Below are positions 9,915 to 18,823 of a stretch of DNA of 36,220 nucleotides, piece after piece. This DNA comes from an uncultured Gammaproteobacteria bacterium (GTDB taxonomy: Bacteria > Patescibacteriota > Microgenomatia > Daviesbacterales > UBA10151). The position numbers and the translations under genes were made by a program. The stretch is taken from NCBI GenBank assembly GCA_964394845.1, contig CAYMZB010000039.1, positions 1-36,220 of the forward strand, in the 5' to 3' direction. The first letter of the stretch is position 1, and each line of letters opens with the position of its first letter. Under the pieces are notes generated by a model that had not been told where the DNA came from, made no database searches, and worked only from the letters and a program-made list of their open reading frames with translations.

Positions 9915-10619
9915 ATGAGTAAACGTTACAAAATAACACTGGGTATTAGATTTTTGGGATACCTTATTTTTTTTAATGGTCTAGCTGTCTTTATATTTTT
10001 ATTAGGGCCTTTGGTTTCGGTAGAAGTAAAGTATAGAGCAGATAAAGTCTTAGGTGTTAAAAGAACAATTGCACCTTTAAATCCTGCTAGCCCTGCCCCC
10101 CGACAGTCTCCGACTACAGATACCACATCAGGTGGAGAAAGTTTTGCTAATATAAAGGCTAACGAAAACGAAATTGTTCCAGTTTCAACAGAGTTTGGTA
10201 TAGTAATTGAAAAAATAAATGCTAATGCTAAGGTAGTTGCTAATGTAAATGCCGGCGATGAAAGAGAATATACCAGAGCCTTGCAAGACGGAGTTGCCGA
10301 GGCTCTTGGTTCAACACCGCCTGGTCAAAATGGTAACTTATATCTTTTCTCCCACTCAACTGATGCTCCTTGGAATATTGTCCGTTTTAATGCCATATTT
10401 TATTTATTAAGAGAGCTTGATACAGGCGACAGGGTAATTATTTTTTACCAAAACAAAAGGTATGACTATATAGTTTTTGATAAGATTATTGCTTCCCCAT
10501 ATGATGTTTCCTATCTAAATAATAAATATTCTGTTCCGGTTTTAACTTTGCAAACTTGTGATCCGCCAGGAACATTACTTAATAGGTTGATCATAAGAGC
10601 AAAGTTGGTAAATAGCTAA
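9915..10619 (+). CDS. sortase family transpeptidase
   Basis: N-terminal TM helix; catalytic His (LYLFSHS), Cys (TLQTCDPPG) and Arg (LIIRAKL). The track start at 9876 (TTG) lies inside the tRNA-Arg, so ATG 9915 was chosen. Confidence 0.8.
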   Translation: MSKRYKITLGIRFLGYLIFFNGLAVFIFLLGPLVSVEVKYRADKVLGVKRTIAPLNPASPAPRQSPTTDTTSGGESFANIKANENEIVPVSTEFGIVIEKINANAKVVANVNAGDEREYTRALQDGVAEALGSTPPGQNGNLYLFSHSTDAPWNIVRFNAIFYLLRELDTGDRVIIFYQNKRYDYIVFDKIIASPYDVSYLNNKYSVPVLTLQTCDPPGTLLNRLIIRAKLVNS

Positions 10620-10642
10620 AATAATGTTGTACAATACATAAG

Positions 10643-11752
10643 ATGTCCAAGAGATTTATCATAACCATAGTTACTTTAATAATTATTGCCGCAGCTACTG
10701 GTGTAGCTGTGTTTTTTGCCAAAGGTTATTCTTTCTCAACTAAAGAAAAGAGAATTGTTGGAACAGGTATTGTAACAATTACATCACAACCAGATGCTGC
10801 ATCAATTTTTATTGACGGTCACCTAACTACTGCTACTAATGCTACTATTTCATCTTTACCTCCAAAAAGTTATTCAGTTAAGGTTGTTAAAGAAGGTTTT
10901 ATTCCTTGGGAAAGGTCAGTCATTGTTAAAGAAGGTCTTGTTACAGATTTAAAAATAACCCTTTTCCCTGCAATTCCTAGTATTTATCCCTTAACATTTA
11001 ATGGTGTTATAAATCCGGTTTTATCTCCAAATGGATCAAAGCTTGCATATATAGTTCCTACTGGTAAAAAAGCAGGTGTATGGGTTTGGACGCAGAATAA
11101 TAACCAGCCAATAGCATTTATCCGGTCTTCAGAACCTCATCAAATTGCAAGTAATACAACAACTGATTTTTCAAAGGCCAAATTAAAATGGTCTCCTGAT
11201 TCAAAACAAGTAATAGCCACAATTGACTCTGATTTAATAGGAGGTCCTCAGAATAACTTTCTCTTAGATGCTGACAAATTAAATCCAGACCCAAGGGATA
11301 TTACGCCTACATTAACTGCAACAATGCAAGGTTGGGATGATGATAAGAAATTAACAATGGAATCAAGGGTTCAAAACATAAAGGATTTAAAATTTAGAAA
11401 AATTGCCTCAGATTCAGCAGTTTTACATTGGTCTCCTGATGAAACTAAGTTTATGGCCGGGAAAGATAATATTAATATGAAAGTTTATGATCTTGAAGAA
11501 GGTAAGGATTACTCTCTTCCTCAAGCAAAATCATATCTTTGGTTGCCGGATTCAAGGCATGTAATTCTGGTTGAAGACACAGCTATTTCTTTACTGGATT
11601 TTGATGGAACTAATAAAGCGGTAATTTATGCCGGGACATTTGCAGATAGTTTTGTTTTTCCTTGGTCGGATTCTTCAAGGTTAGTAATAATCAGTTCATC
11701 TCCAACTCCTACTGCTTCTCTGCCAAACCTGTATGGGATAAACCTGAAGTAA
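10643..11752 (+). CDS. PEGA-domain plus beta-propeller-like envelope protein
   Basis: N-terminal TM helix and a PEGA module (ITSQPDAASIFIDGH...YSVKVVKEGFIPWERSVIVKEG). The rest is repetitive beta-rich sequence (WSPD.. motifs). Confidence 0.65.
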   Translation: MSKRFIITIVTLIIIAAATGVAVFFAKGYSFSTKEKRIVGTGIVTITSQPDAASIFIDGHLTTATNATISSLPPKSYSVKVVKEGFIPWERSVIVKEGLVTDLKITLFPAIPSIYPLTFNGVINPVLSPNGSKLAYIVPTGKKAGVWVWTQNNNQPIAFIRSSEPHQIASNTTTDFSKAKLKWSPDSKQVIATIDSDLIGGPQNNFLLDADKLNPDPRDITPTLTATMQGWDDDKKLTMESRVQNIKDLKFRKIASDSAVLHWSPDETKFMAGKDNINMKVYDLEEGKDYSLPQAKSYLWLPDSRHVILVEDTAISLLDFDGTNKAVIYAGTFADSFVFPWSDSSRLVIISSSPTPTASLPNLYGINLK

Positions 11753-11816
11753 ATTGACAATTTAAAATTGACAATGGACAATTAATTTTCAATTTTCCAT
11801 TTTCAATTATCCATTA
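11752..11816. repeat. AT-rich word repeats (ttgacaa x2, ggacaa; ttttcaa/ttttcca/ttttcaa/ttatcca)
   Basis: Read directly in the spacer upstream of mreB. Confidence 0.7.
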
Positions 11817-11888
11817 TATTGTTTGATCCATTTAGTATATCTTGTGACCCTATTTTTGGACTGTTAAAATAACACCCAGGATCTTCTT

Positions 11889-12905
11889 ATGTTTAATTTT
11901 TCAAAGCGCGTTGGTATTGATTTAGGCACTGCAAATTCTCTGGTATATTTAGCAGGAGAGGGAATTGTTTTAAATGAGCCTACTGTTGTGGCTATTACTA
12001 CTGATGACAACAGGGTTTTAGCAGTTGGTAATGAAGCTAAAGAAATGCTTGGTAGAACTCCCGGTAATATAACTGCCTCCCGTCCAATGAAAGATGGAGT
12101 AATCGCTGACTATGTTATTACAGAAGCAATGATTCGTTATTTTTTAGATAAAGTTTGTGGTCATTCCAGGCTTTTTAAGCCGGAAGTAATGGTTTGTGCG
12201 CCAGCCGGGGTGACATCTGTGGAAAAAAGAGCCCTTTTAGATGCAACTTTATCTGCCGGCGCAAAAGTAGCATTTTTAATAGATGAGCCTTTAGCTGCTG
12301 CAATCGGCGCTAAGATTCCAATTGCTAACCCTTCCGGTAATATGATTGTTGATATAGGTGGGGGTACAACTGAGGCAGCGGTAATATGTTTAGGAGGGGT
12401 TGTAGTGCATTCTTCAGTTAGAGTAGGGGGGAATAAAATTGATGAAGCAATTCAAAGTTATGTTCGGAAAAAACATAATCTAATAATTGGAGAAAGAATG
12501 GCTGAGGATGTAAAAATTAAGATCGGCTCAGCAACCAGATTAAAACCAAGTGACGTTATAAAGGCTGAAGTTAGGGGAAGAGATGCTTTTTCAGGATTAC
12601 CAAGGACTGTAGAAGTAAATTCAGATGAAGTCACAGAAGCAGTTTCAGATGTAACGCAAAAAATTCTAGGCGCAGTTAAAGGAGTTTTGGAGCATATTCC
12701 TCCTGAACTTGCCTCAGATATTATTGATAAAGGGATTGTTATGAGCGGGGGGACTTCACTTCTTAGAAATTTGGATAAGCTTTTAACAGACAGTTTAGGG
12801 GTGCCTGTTTCGTTAGCAGAAAATCCATTACTTTGTGTGGCTCTGGGAACAGGAATGGCTTTAGAGAATTTAGATCTATACAAGCGTAGTGTTAGTAAAC
12901 GATAA
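11889..12905 (+). CDS. mreB: rod-shape protein MreB
   Basis: Actin-fold motifs GIDLGTANS, DIGGGTTE and MSGGTSLLRNLDKLL. 338 aa. Confidence 0.95.
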   Translation: MFNFSKRVGIDLGTANSLVYLAGEGIVLNEPTVVAITTDDNRVLAVGNEAKEMLGRTPGNITASRPMKDGVIADYVITEAMIRYFLDKVCGHSRLFKPEVMVCAPAGVTSVEKRALLDATLSAGAKVAFLIDEPLAAAIGAKIPIANPSGNMIVDIGGGTTEAAVICLGGVVVHSSVRVGGNKIDEAIQSYVRKKHNLIIGERMAEDVKIKIGSATRLKPSDVIKAEVRGRDAFSGLPRTVEVNSDEVTEAVSDVTQKILGAVKGVLEHIPPELASDIIDKGIVMSGGTSLLRNLDKLLTDSLGVPVSLAENPLLCVALGTGMALENLDLYKRSVSKR

Positions 12906-12912
12906 TAGCCTT

Positions 12913-14022
12913 ATGGTTATTGGTTTTGATGGGTCAAGGGCATTTGTTCCCAGTCGCACTGGCACAGAAAATTATTCTTTTCAACTTTTGCTTAACCTGG
13001 CCAAGATTGACAAAGTTAATAACTACATTGTTTATACCAGATCTTCCGAGATACCCTTGAATTGGCCGAAAAATTTCCAGTTTAAGCATATTAAATGGTC
13101 AAGATTATGGACTCAAGGGGGTTTAGCGCTGCAAACCTTCATAGATAACATGGACATTCTATTTGTTCCGGCGCATACTTTACCGCTCATAAGAAAGTAT
13201 GGCCTTAAAACCATAATAACTGTGCATGATTTAGGATCAGAATATTTACCTTTAATGCATCAGGTTAAGCAAAGGTTTTATCTTTCCTTGATGCAAAATT
13301 ATCAACTAAAAACTGCCACAAAAATTATTGCTGTATCCAAAGCTACAAGAGAAGATCTGGTTAAAAAAATGGGGATAGATCCAAAAAAGATTAGTGTAGT
13401 TTATGAGGGTTATGATAGAGAAAAGTTCAAACCAAAGGCAGCAAAGTTCAAAGTTAATCAAACTATTAAAAAATATAATTTAACGTATCATAATTACTTT
13501 TTGTTTGTGGGAACAGTACAGCCAAGAAAGAATTTAGAAAGATTAATCAAGGCATTTAAACAATTTTTAGCAAATGGTGATGGCTTTGAACAGCTGGTAG
13601 TAGTTGGTTTAAAAGGTTGGATGAGTGAGGGAATTTATAACTTACCTAAACAGTTAGGGATAGAGAATAGAGTGAAATTTTTAGGATATGTGCCTGATAA
13701 AGACTTGCCGGTTTTATATTCCTCGGCAATTGCTTTAACTTTTCCTTCTTTTTTTGAAGGATTTGGTTTGCCTTTACTGGAGGCTCAGGCTTCTCTGTGT
13801 CCGGTTATCACTTCAAATGCTTCCTCTATGCCGGAAATAGCCGGAGAAGGTGCAATCCTTATTAATCCTTTTAATATTGAAGATATTACCCGTGCTATGA
13901 TAGAAGTAAGAATTAAGAAAACAAGGATGAAGCTGATTAAGGCTGGACTTAAAAATATTAAAAGGTTTTCCTCTGAAAAATGTGCAGCTCAAACGCTTTC
14001 TGTGTTTGAGAAACTAATATGA
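12913..14022 (+). CDS. GT4-family glycosyltransferase
   Basis: FVGTVQPRKNLERLIKAF and EGFGLPLLEAQA (E-x7-E) motifs. Start set at MVIGFDGSRAF; the track start at 12889 overlaps mreB. Confidence 0.8.
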   Translation: MVIGFDGSRAFVPSRTGTENYSFQLLLNLAKIDKVNNYIVYTRSSEIPLNWPKNFQFKHIKWSRLWTQGGLALQTFIDNMDILFVPAHTLPLIRKYGLKTIITVHDLGSEYLPLMHQVKQRFYLSLMQNYQLKTATKIIAVSKATREDLVKKMGIDPKKISVVYEGYDREKFKPKAAKFKVNQTIKKYNLTYHNYFLFVGTVQPRKNLERLIKAFKQFLANGDGFEQLVVVGLKGWMSEGIYNLPKQLGIENRVKFLGYVPDKDLPVLYSSAIALTFPSFFEGFGLPLLEAQASLCPVITSNASSMPEIAGEGAILINPFNIEDITRAMIEVRIKKTRMKLIKAGLKNIKRFSSEKCAAQTLSVFEKLI

Positions 14023-14732
14023 AAAAAAACATCCTAGGTGTAATAATAGATGATGTAAATATAAGTCAAGCTGTAGGAGTAGTAGAGAGTTGGTTATCAC
14101 CTGCGAACCAAGGCAAGAAATATTTTATTGTTACACCAAATCCCGAAATAATTATGATGGCTAGAAATGATAAGGAACTTAAAGAAATTATTAATAATGC
14201 AAGCTTAAGAGTTCCTGACGGGGTTGGTTTAAAACTATCAGGTGATATAGTTTGTAATACCCCTGGAATAGATCTAATGGAACACATGATTAAACTGTCT
14301 CAGGATAATGGCTTTACAGTAGGCTTTTTAGGGGGTAAAGAAGGGGTAGCAAATAAAGCATCTGAGTGCTTAAAGAAAAAGTACCCAAAACTTAATGTGG
14401 TATTTGCCTGGAGTGGAGGACAAGTAGATGTTAATGGTGAAATGATTGGAAAAGGTTTTAATGCATTTCCTAAAACTGATATTTTATTTGTTGCATTTGG
14501 TCCTCCTAAGCAGGAAAAATGGATTGCTAAAAATTTAGATAAAATACCCGTTAAAGTAGCAATGGGGGTTGGAGGGTCATTTGATATAATTTCCGGTAAT
14601 ATTCCCCGAGCTTCTAAATGGATTAGAAAGTTAAGGTTTGAGTGGTTGTTTAGACTAGTAATTGAGCCTTGGAGAATAAAGAGGCAGCTTACTTTACTAA
14701 AGTATCTTTGGTTATTGACTATAAATAAGTAG
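14019..14732 (+). CDS. WecG/TagA/CpsF (GT26) glycosyltransferase
   Basis: Motifs VTPNPEIIMMA, LRVPDGVGL, LFVAFGPPKQEKWI and FEWLFRLVIEPWRIKR. ATGA overlap with the upstream GT4 gene. Confidence 0.85.
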   Translation: MKKNILGVIIDDVNISQAVGVVESWLSPANQGKKYFIVTPNPEIIMMARNDKELKEIINNASLRVPDGVGLKLSGDIVCNTPGIDLMEHMIKLSQDNGFTVGFLGGKEGVANKASECLKKKYPKLNVVFAWSGGQVDVNGEMIGKGFNAFPKTDILFVAFGPPKQEKWIAKNLDKIPVKVAMGVGGSFDIISGNIPRASKWIRKLRFEWLFRLVIEPWRIKRQLTLLKYLWLLTINK

Positions 14733-14751
14733 GATATTAAGGTTAAGATAT

Positions 14752-15258
14752 ATGATAATTACACAAAGCTCTAAGGATTTAAAACCAGTATTGATGAATA
14801 GCGTTAAAACTGAGATAAAAACTCCTAATTATTTAATCAAAGATCAAAATCAGTTAATATTTGTAGTTACTCCAGGCAAAAATGGATCTGAATTTAATAA
14901 AACCGTTGGATACTTTAGTAGTTTTCCGGGAATGCAAACATATCAGTGTTTATATGGACAGGGAATATTCATTATACAAAGAACAGATGAAACAGGGGAG
15001 GCAAAAGAATTTAAGGTAGTAAGTTTAAATCCCGGTAAACAGATTTTGGTTCCGGCAGGTTGGGGGATATGCATGGTTAATAGCAGTGATAGCTATTTGG
15101 TAGTGCTGAGGAATAGTTTTCTTGATGAAAAGTATATAGACTCAAAGCTAGTTTTAGAAAAAAGAGGTTTTGCCTATTATGTGGTCCAAAAAAAAGGAGA
15201 GGTTGGTTTTGAACCAAATCCTAGCTATTCAATACACCCTCAGATTGTTATGGAATAG
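14752..15258 (+). CDS. cupin-type phosphoglucose-isomerase-like protein with degenerate metal site
   Basis: Collinear with archaeal cupin PGI as I recall it (PGK.G.EF..T.G.F...Y...G.G...Q...PG..V.VP..W....N...KGF...GEV...NP). The His/His/Glu/His ligand positions read Y/S/T/I. Confidence 0.5.
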   Translation: MIITQSSKDLKPVLMNSVKTEIKTPNYLIKDQNQLIFVVTPGKNGSEFNKTVGYFSSFPGMQTYQCLYGQGIFIIQRTDETGEAKEFKVVSLNPGKQILVPAGWGICMVNSSDSYLVVLRNSFLDEKYIDSKLVLEKRGFAYYVVQKKGEVGFEPNPSYSIHPQIVME

Positions 15259-15309
15259 CTTTGTCCCTTCAGGACAACATATTCAGCCCGGATTAGCAGA
15301 GTGGCTTAC

Positions 15310-15561
15310 TTAGTAGGAGGATGCGGAAGAGTCAGTAGAAGTTGATTTCTGAGTAATTCCAAGCAACCAAAGCACTGCTTCTTTTTTGTAGCGTCTATCC
15401 CCGCGAGAGTTAATTCTAATTGCCGGGAGTTTTCCTCTTTTACCCCATCTTTTGATAGTTAGAGGAGAGACCCTAAGCACTTCTGCTACTTCTTTAACAG
15501 TTAAAAGATCTGGGAGATTTTCAAGTGATAACTTATTGACCATTTTTGTTAACGTATTCAA
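15310..15561 (-). CDS. excisionase/MerR-type helix-turn-helix DNA-binding protein
   Basis: LLTVKEVAEVLRVSPLTIKRWGKRGKLPAIRI matches the HTH_17/excisionase pattern. It sits where rpoB normally follows rplL. Confidence 0.7.
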   Translation of the reverse strand: MNTLTKMVNKLSLENLPDLLTVKEVAEVLRVSPLTIKRWGKRGKLPAIRINSRGDRRYKKEAVLWLLGITQKSTSTDSSASSY

Positions 15562-15608
15562 TGTATATCATAAGAAAACATAAGGTGTCAATAGAGATGT
15601 TAGCTTGA

Positions 15609-16031
15609 TTACTGCAATTCTACTGTTCCGCCTGCTGCGGTAAGTTTAGTTTTTGCTTCCTCGGCTCGGGCTTTATTTACACCTTCAAGTACAGGTTTTG
15701 GAGCTGTTTCTACTAAATCTTTAGCTTCTTTAAGGCCTAAAGTTTGTACTAATTCTCTTACAGCTTTAATAACTGCAATTTTATTTGCCCCTGCTTGAGT
15801 TAGGATAACATTGAATGTAGTCTTTTCTTCTGTTGGTTCAGTTGAGGGTGCACCGGCTGCTGCTACTCCGACTGCAACTGGAGCGGATGCTGAAACTCCA
15901 AATCTATCTTCTAAAGCATGAACTAAATCTGCTAATTCTAAAACAGATAATTTTTCAATTTGTTCTATGATTTTTTCCAAGCTTGCAGAAACAGTTTTAG
16001 AAGCTTTTTGATCTTGTTGATCGTCTGCCAT
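15609..16031 (-). CDS. rplL: 50S ribosomal protein L7/L12
   Basis: N-terminal dimerisation helix ([26 protein letters not shown]), Ala/Pro hinge, and C-terminal domain [25 protein letters not shown] gggaggtg lies upstream. Confidence 0.95.
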   Translation of the reverse strand: MADDQQDQKASKTVSASLEKIIEQIEKLSVLELADLVHALEDRFGVSASAPVAVGVAAAGAPSTEPTEEKTTFNVILTQAGANKIAVIKAVRELVQTLGLKEAKDLVETAPKPVLEGVNKARAEEAKTKLTAAGGTVELQ

Positions 16032-16034
16032 AAT

Positions 16035-16556
16035 TTAAACACCTCCCTTCGTTTTTTGAATCCCTGAAAGTACATACACTAAATTTCTTAAATTACCTTG
16101 CAATACTGATAAAATGCCTTGAATAGGAGCAACTAATACTCCAACTGTTTTGCCTCTTAATTCTAACTTTTCAGGTAAGGTAGAAAGTTGTAATATTTTA
16201 GCTTCATCTAAAGCTTCAGTACCTAAGAATCCGAACTTTATTTTACCTTTGGTAAAGTCCTTAAAAGATTTGACTAAGGTTTTAATAGGGGAGATTTCAT
16301 CGTCATATGCAAACAAAGTAGCAATTGGACCATTTAAGTTGGAGGGTAAAACATTAGGATCAGGAAAAGCCCGTTTTAATATACTATTTTTAGTAACACT
16401 AAATTCAGCGTTTTGATCCCTAAGCTTAAGGCGCAAACTAGAAAGTTCGTTCATAGTTAAGCCTTTATAGTCTGCAAAGACCAAAGCTTTAGCTTTTGCT
16501 AACTTTTCTTGCAATTTAACTGCTAAATCTTGCTTTTGTGCTCGTGTTTTAGGCAT
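16035..16556 (-). CDS. rplJ: 50S ribosomal protein L10
   Basis: 173-aa ORF 3 nt upstream of rplL. L10-typical N-terminus KQDLAVKLQEKLAKAKALVFADYKGLTMNELSSLR. Confidence 0.9.
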   Translation of the reverse strand: MPKTRAQKQDLAVKLQEKLAKAKALVFADYKGLTMNELSSLRLKLRDQNAEFSVTKNSILKRAFPDPNVLPSNLNGPIATLFAYDDEISPIKTLVKSFKDFTKGKIKFGFLGTEALDEAKILQLSTLPEKLELRGKTVGVLVAPIQGILSVLQGNLRNLVYVLSGIQKTKGGV

Positions 16557-16672
16557 AAAAAATCCCCATGCTCGAGGAGTTTTTGACTGATTAAAACGCC
16601 TCGGTGAGATTTTAATCGCTCCGTAGTTTTACGAAGGACGACTCACTGTCTTAAGCTTGATTATTCTAACTT
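16557..16672 (-). promoter_or_regulatory. possible structured rplJ (L10) leader
   Basis: 116-nt untranslated spacer upstream of rplJ with complementary segments on the minus strand (gtgag..ctcac, tcgtcc..ggagcga, cgagg..cctcg). No covariance model could be run. Confidence 0.3.
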
Positions 16673-16690
16673 ATGGTATTATGTTTGTCA

Positions 16691-17023
16691 ATGATTATAG
16701 TTTTGAATAAAAAAATTACGACTGCGGAGTTAAAAGAGATTTCAAAAGATATTGAAGGATATATTAAATTTGTGGCGGACATAGAAAAAAAGATTTTAGC
16801 AGCAGGCGGGACTTGGCATGTTCAGTGCGAAGAGCAACTGATAAAAATCGGATCAAAACAAGAAAATTTATGGGGCGGGGGTTGGGATCTTCAAACAAAT
16901 GAATTGGATTATGACTCAATGATTAATATTAGACCGAAAGTCGGTAATCCCAGCAGGGAAGTATTGTCTTTAAAAATTCGTGATCAAATGACTGTGATAG
17001 CCAAAGAACTACTTTTACCATGA
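16691..17023 (+). CDS. small conserved hypothetical protein (possibly DUF5674-like)
   Basis: Start moved to ATG 16691 because tggtattat (16674-16682) lies 8 nt upstream. Core sequence ..AAGGTWHVQCEEQLIKIGSKQENLWGGGWD...MINIRP.. The family assignment is from memory only. Confidence 0.5.
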   Translation: MIIVLNKKITTAELKEISKDIEGYIKFVADIEKKILAAGGTWHVQCEEQLIKIGSKQENLWGGGWDLQTNELDYDSMINIRPKVGNPSREVLSLKIRDQMTVIAKELLLP

Positions 17024-17334
17024 GCGCAGAAGAAATTGTGTTGAATATAGCTGTTAATATGGGAAGACTATCCAGGTGGTCTGCACAGGGCAGGACAGAC
17101 CGGATTAAACAATTTTTAAGCGATACACAAATCTATTTAGATAATTTAGAAAAAATACAAGTAAGTAATAAATTTAGGCCTACTATGCAAAGATTTAAAA
17201 AAGACTTAGCCACACTCAAAAATTTAGATTGCACAACGGAGCAATGGGCGGAGCAGGTTCTAACCTGGGCTAATATTCTGCAACATAGGGCTCGCCTCGC
17301 TAACGCTCCTGCCAAGCGGGCAAAACTGGCTTAA
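17020..17334 (+). CDS. hypothetical helical protein, translationally coupled to the upstream ORF
   Basis: ATGA overlap with 16691..17023. The last ~15 residues (ARLANAPAKRAKLA) are translated from a GC-rich repeat element. Confidence 0.5.
   Translation: MSAEEIVLNIAVNMGRLSRWSAQGRTDRIKQFLSDTQIYLDNLEKIQVSNKFRPTMQRFKKDLATLKNLDCTTEQWAEQVLTWANILQHRARLANAPAKRAKLA
17288..17331. repeat. GC-rich palindromic element (family copy b)
   Basis: gctcgcctcgctaacgctcc (17290-17309) matches 27580-27599 at 19/20 positions. It lies at a convergent gene junction. Confidence 0.75.
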
Positions 17335-18800
17335 TAACCCAGTTGTTTTAGCAAGAAGTCCCGTCTGACCGAATAAAAATTAATCCAGGGGGCAATTTCT
17401 ATAGCTTCATTATCTAACTTAATAGCTCTATTTATATCAGATACTTCATAAGCGCTTGCCTGCCGGAAAAATATTTCTGCCCTGATTGTTTGGATAATAA
17501 AAAGTAAAGTAATAATCGACAAAGCTGCTCCAAGAAAATTTATGATATATCTGGCTTTTTTTGTAAGATAAACATATTCTATGGCCGGCCCATTAACTGC
17601 GCCCAAAGATATCCAAAATACTACCAAAGGCACCACAGAAATAACAGAGAACTGATGGATAACGGTAAAGGCAATTACAACACTGATACAGGCTTTAATA
17701 AAATTCCGTTGTTCAATTTCCATTATCCTCATCTGTTTTAATCCGTAATGGATAGTTAAGGCTAGAATCGCCAGGAATAATCCCAGGCCGACTAGTCCTG
17801 TCTGAACTGCCAAATCCAAAAAAAGGTTATGGGAGGAGTCAACAACAATATCTTTTAAGCCTAAATCTTTTTCGTTTACAACACCGGGAAAAGCTAAAGA
17901 AAAATTTTCCAATCCATATCCGGTGATTGGTTTCTGCAGGATCAGATTGACGGATTTTTGAACAATCACCAGTCTATTTTCAGCAGTCCATTTGGAAATT
18001 GTGTCAACTTGGAATCTGTACCACTCCCTAAAAACCAGATTAGGAAAAAGATTTGCAAACAAGCCAAAAAGTAGTACTGAAAGGATAATGCCGGTAAGTA
18101 AAAGACGGTAATGATAAACTCCCCAGATAATTGCCAAAAATACCAATCCTATATAAGCGCTTCTGGAAAGTGTAGAAAAAATTCCTAAAATTATCACTAT
18201 CATTAAAAAACCAATTAAAATACTCCATTTTGAGCGGACCTTTTTAAACAGAAACCATACAAAGGGAAGCGACATCACTAAATACGCGCCTAAGAAATTT
18301 GGCTGGCCAAAAGTAGATATGACCCTGTTGCTATAAAGAAGTTGGGAGGTGTTCCCAAAAAACCATAGGGATATAAACTGAAACAAGGCTAAACCGGCAG
18401 TAAAGGCGCTGCTTATTAAAATAGCTATGCAGGCATGTTTTTTAAACTGGTTATCCTCAAAAAGCTTCCCGGATATAAAAAATAATAAACCATAACAGAG
18501 CCAGGATAAAATGCCCTGCATTCTAAAATAGCTTCCTAAAAAACTTTGCTGCAAAGATAGGCCAAAGCTGGCGGTAATAACTATCCAAGCTAAAAAGATT
18601 AAGATAAGTTTATGAACTCCGGTGAATTTACCTAACCTATATCCTGAGACTAATAAAACATAAGCTGAAAAGACAGAGAAAAGATATAATAAAAATACTT
18701 TTGGCAGTTCAAATGCCAGAAAGGTAAAAGGAAAGAAAAGTAAGGGCAGGGCAAATAGCATAAAAGCTAATGACCAGCTGACTTTTGACAAAGAAGCCAT
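17331..18800 (-). CDS. O-antigen ligase / Wzy_C-like polytopic membrane protein with C-terminal soluble tail
   Basis: 489-aa ORF with about 10 or more hydrophobic helices. The STLSRSAYIGLVFL segment is typical of the O-antigen ligase family. Confidence 0.7.
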   Translation of the reverse strand: MASLSKVSWSLAFMLFALPLLFFPFTFLAFELPKVFLLYLFSVFSAYVLLVSGYRLGKFTGVHKLILIFLAWIVITASFGLSLQQSFLGSYFRMQGILSWLCYGLLFFISGKLFEDNQFKKHACIAILISSAFTAGLALFQFISLWFFGNTSQLLYSNRVISTFGQPNFLGAYLVMSLPFVWFLFKKVRSKWSILIGFLMIVIILGIFSTLSRSAYIGLVFLAIIWGVYHYRLLLTGIILSVLLFGLFANLFPNLVFREWYRFQVDTISKWTAENRLVIVQKSVNLILQKPITGYGLENFSLAFPGVVNEKDLGLKDIVVDSSHNLFLDLAVQTGLVGLGLFLAILALTIHYGLKQMRIMEIEQRNFIKACISVVIAFTVIHQFSVISVVPLVVFWISLGAVNGPAIEYVYLTKKARYIINFLGAALSIITLLFIIQTIRAEIFFRQASAYEVSDINRAIKLDNEAIEIAPWINFYSVRRDFLLKQLGY

Positions 18801-18823
18801 AAATCTACTATATCACTATCCAA

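Noticed and set aside
12458-12883. 141-aa minus-strand ORF inside mreB, and similar antisense ORFs at 277-465, 1033-1314, 4748-5191, 16150-16416, 22770-23174 and 25205-25486
   Set aside because: All lie fully within strongly supported genes on the opposite strand and have no recognisable motifs. They are typical antisense shadows.
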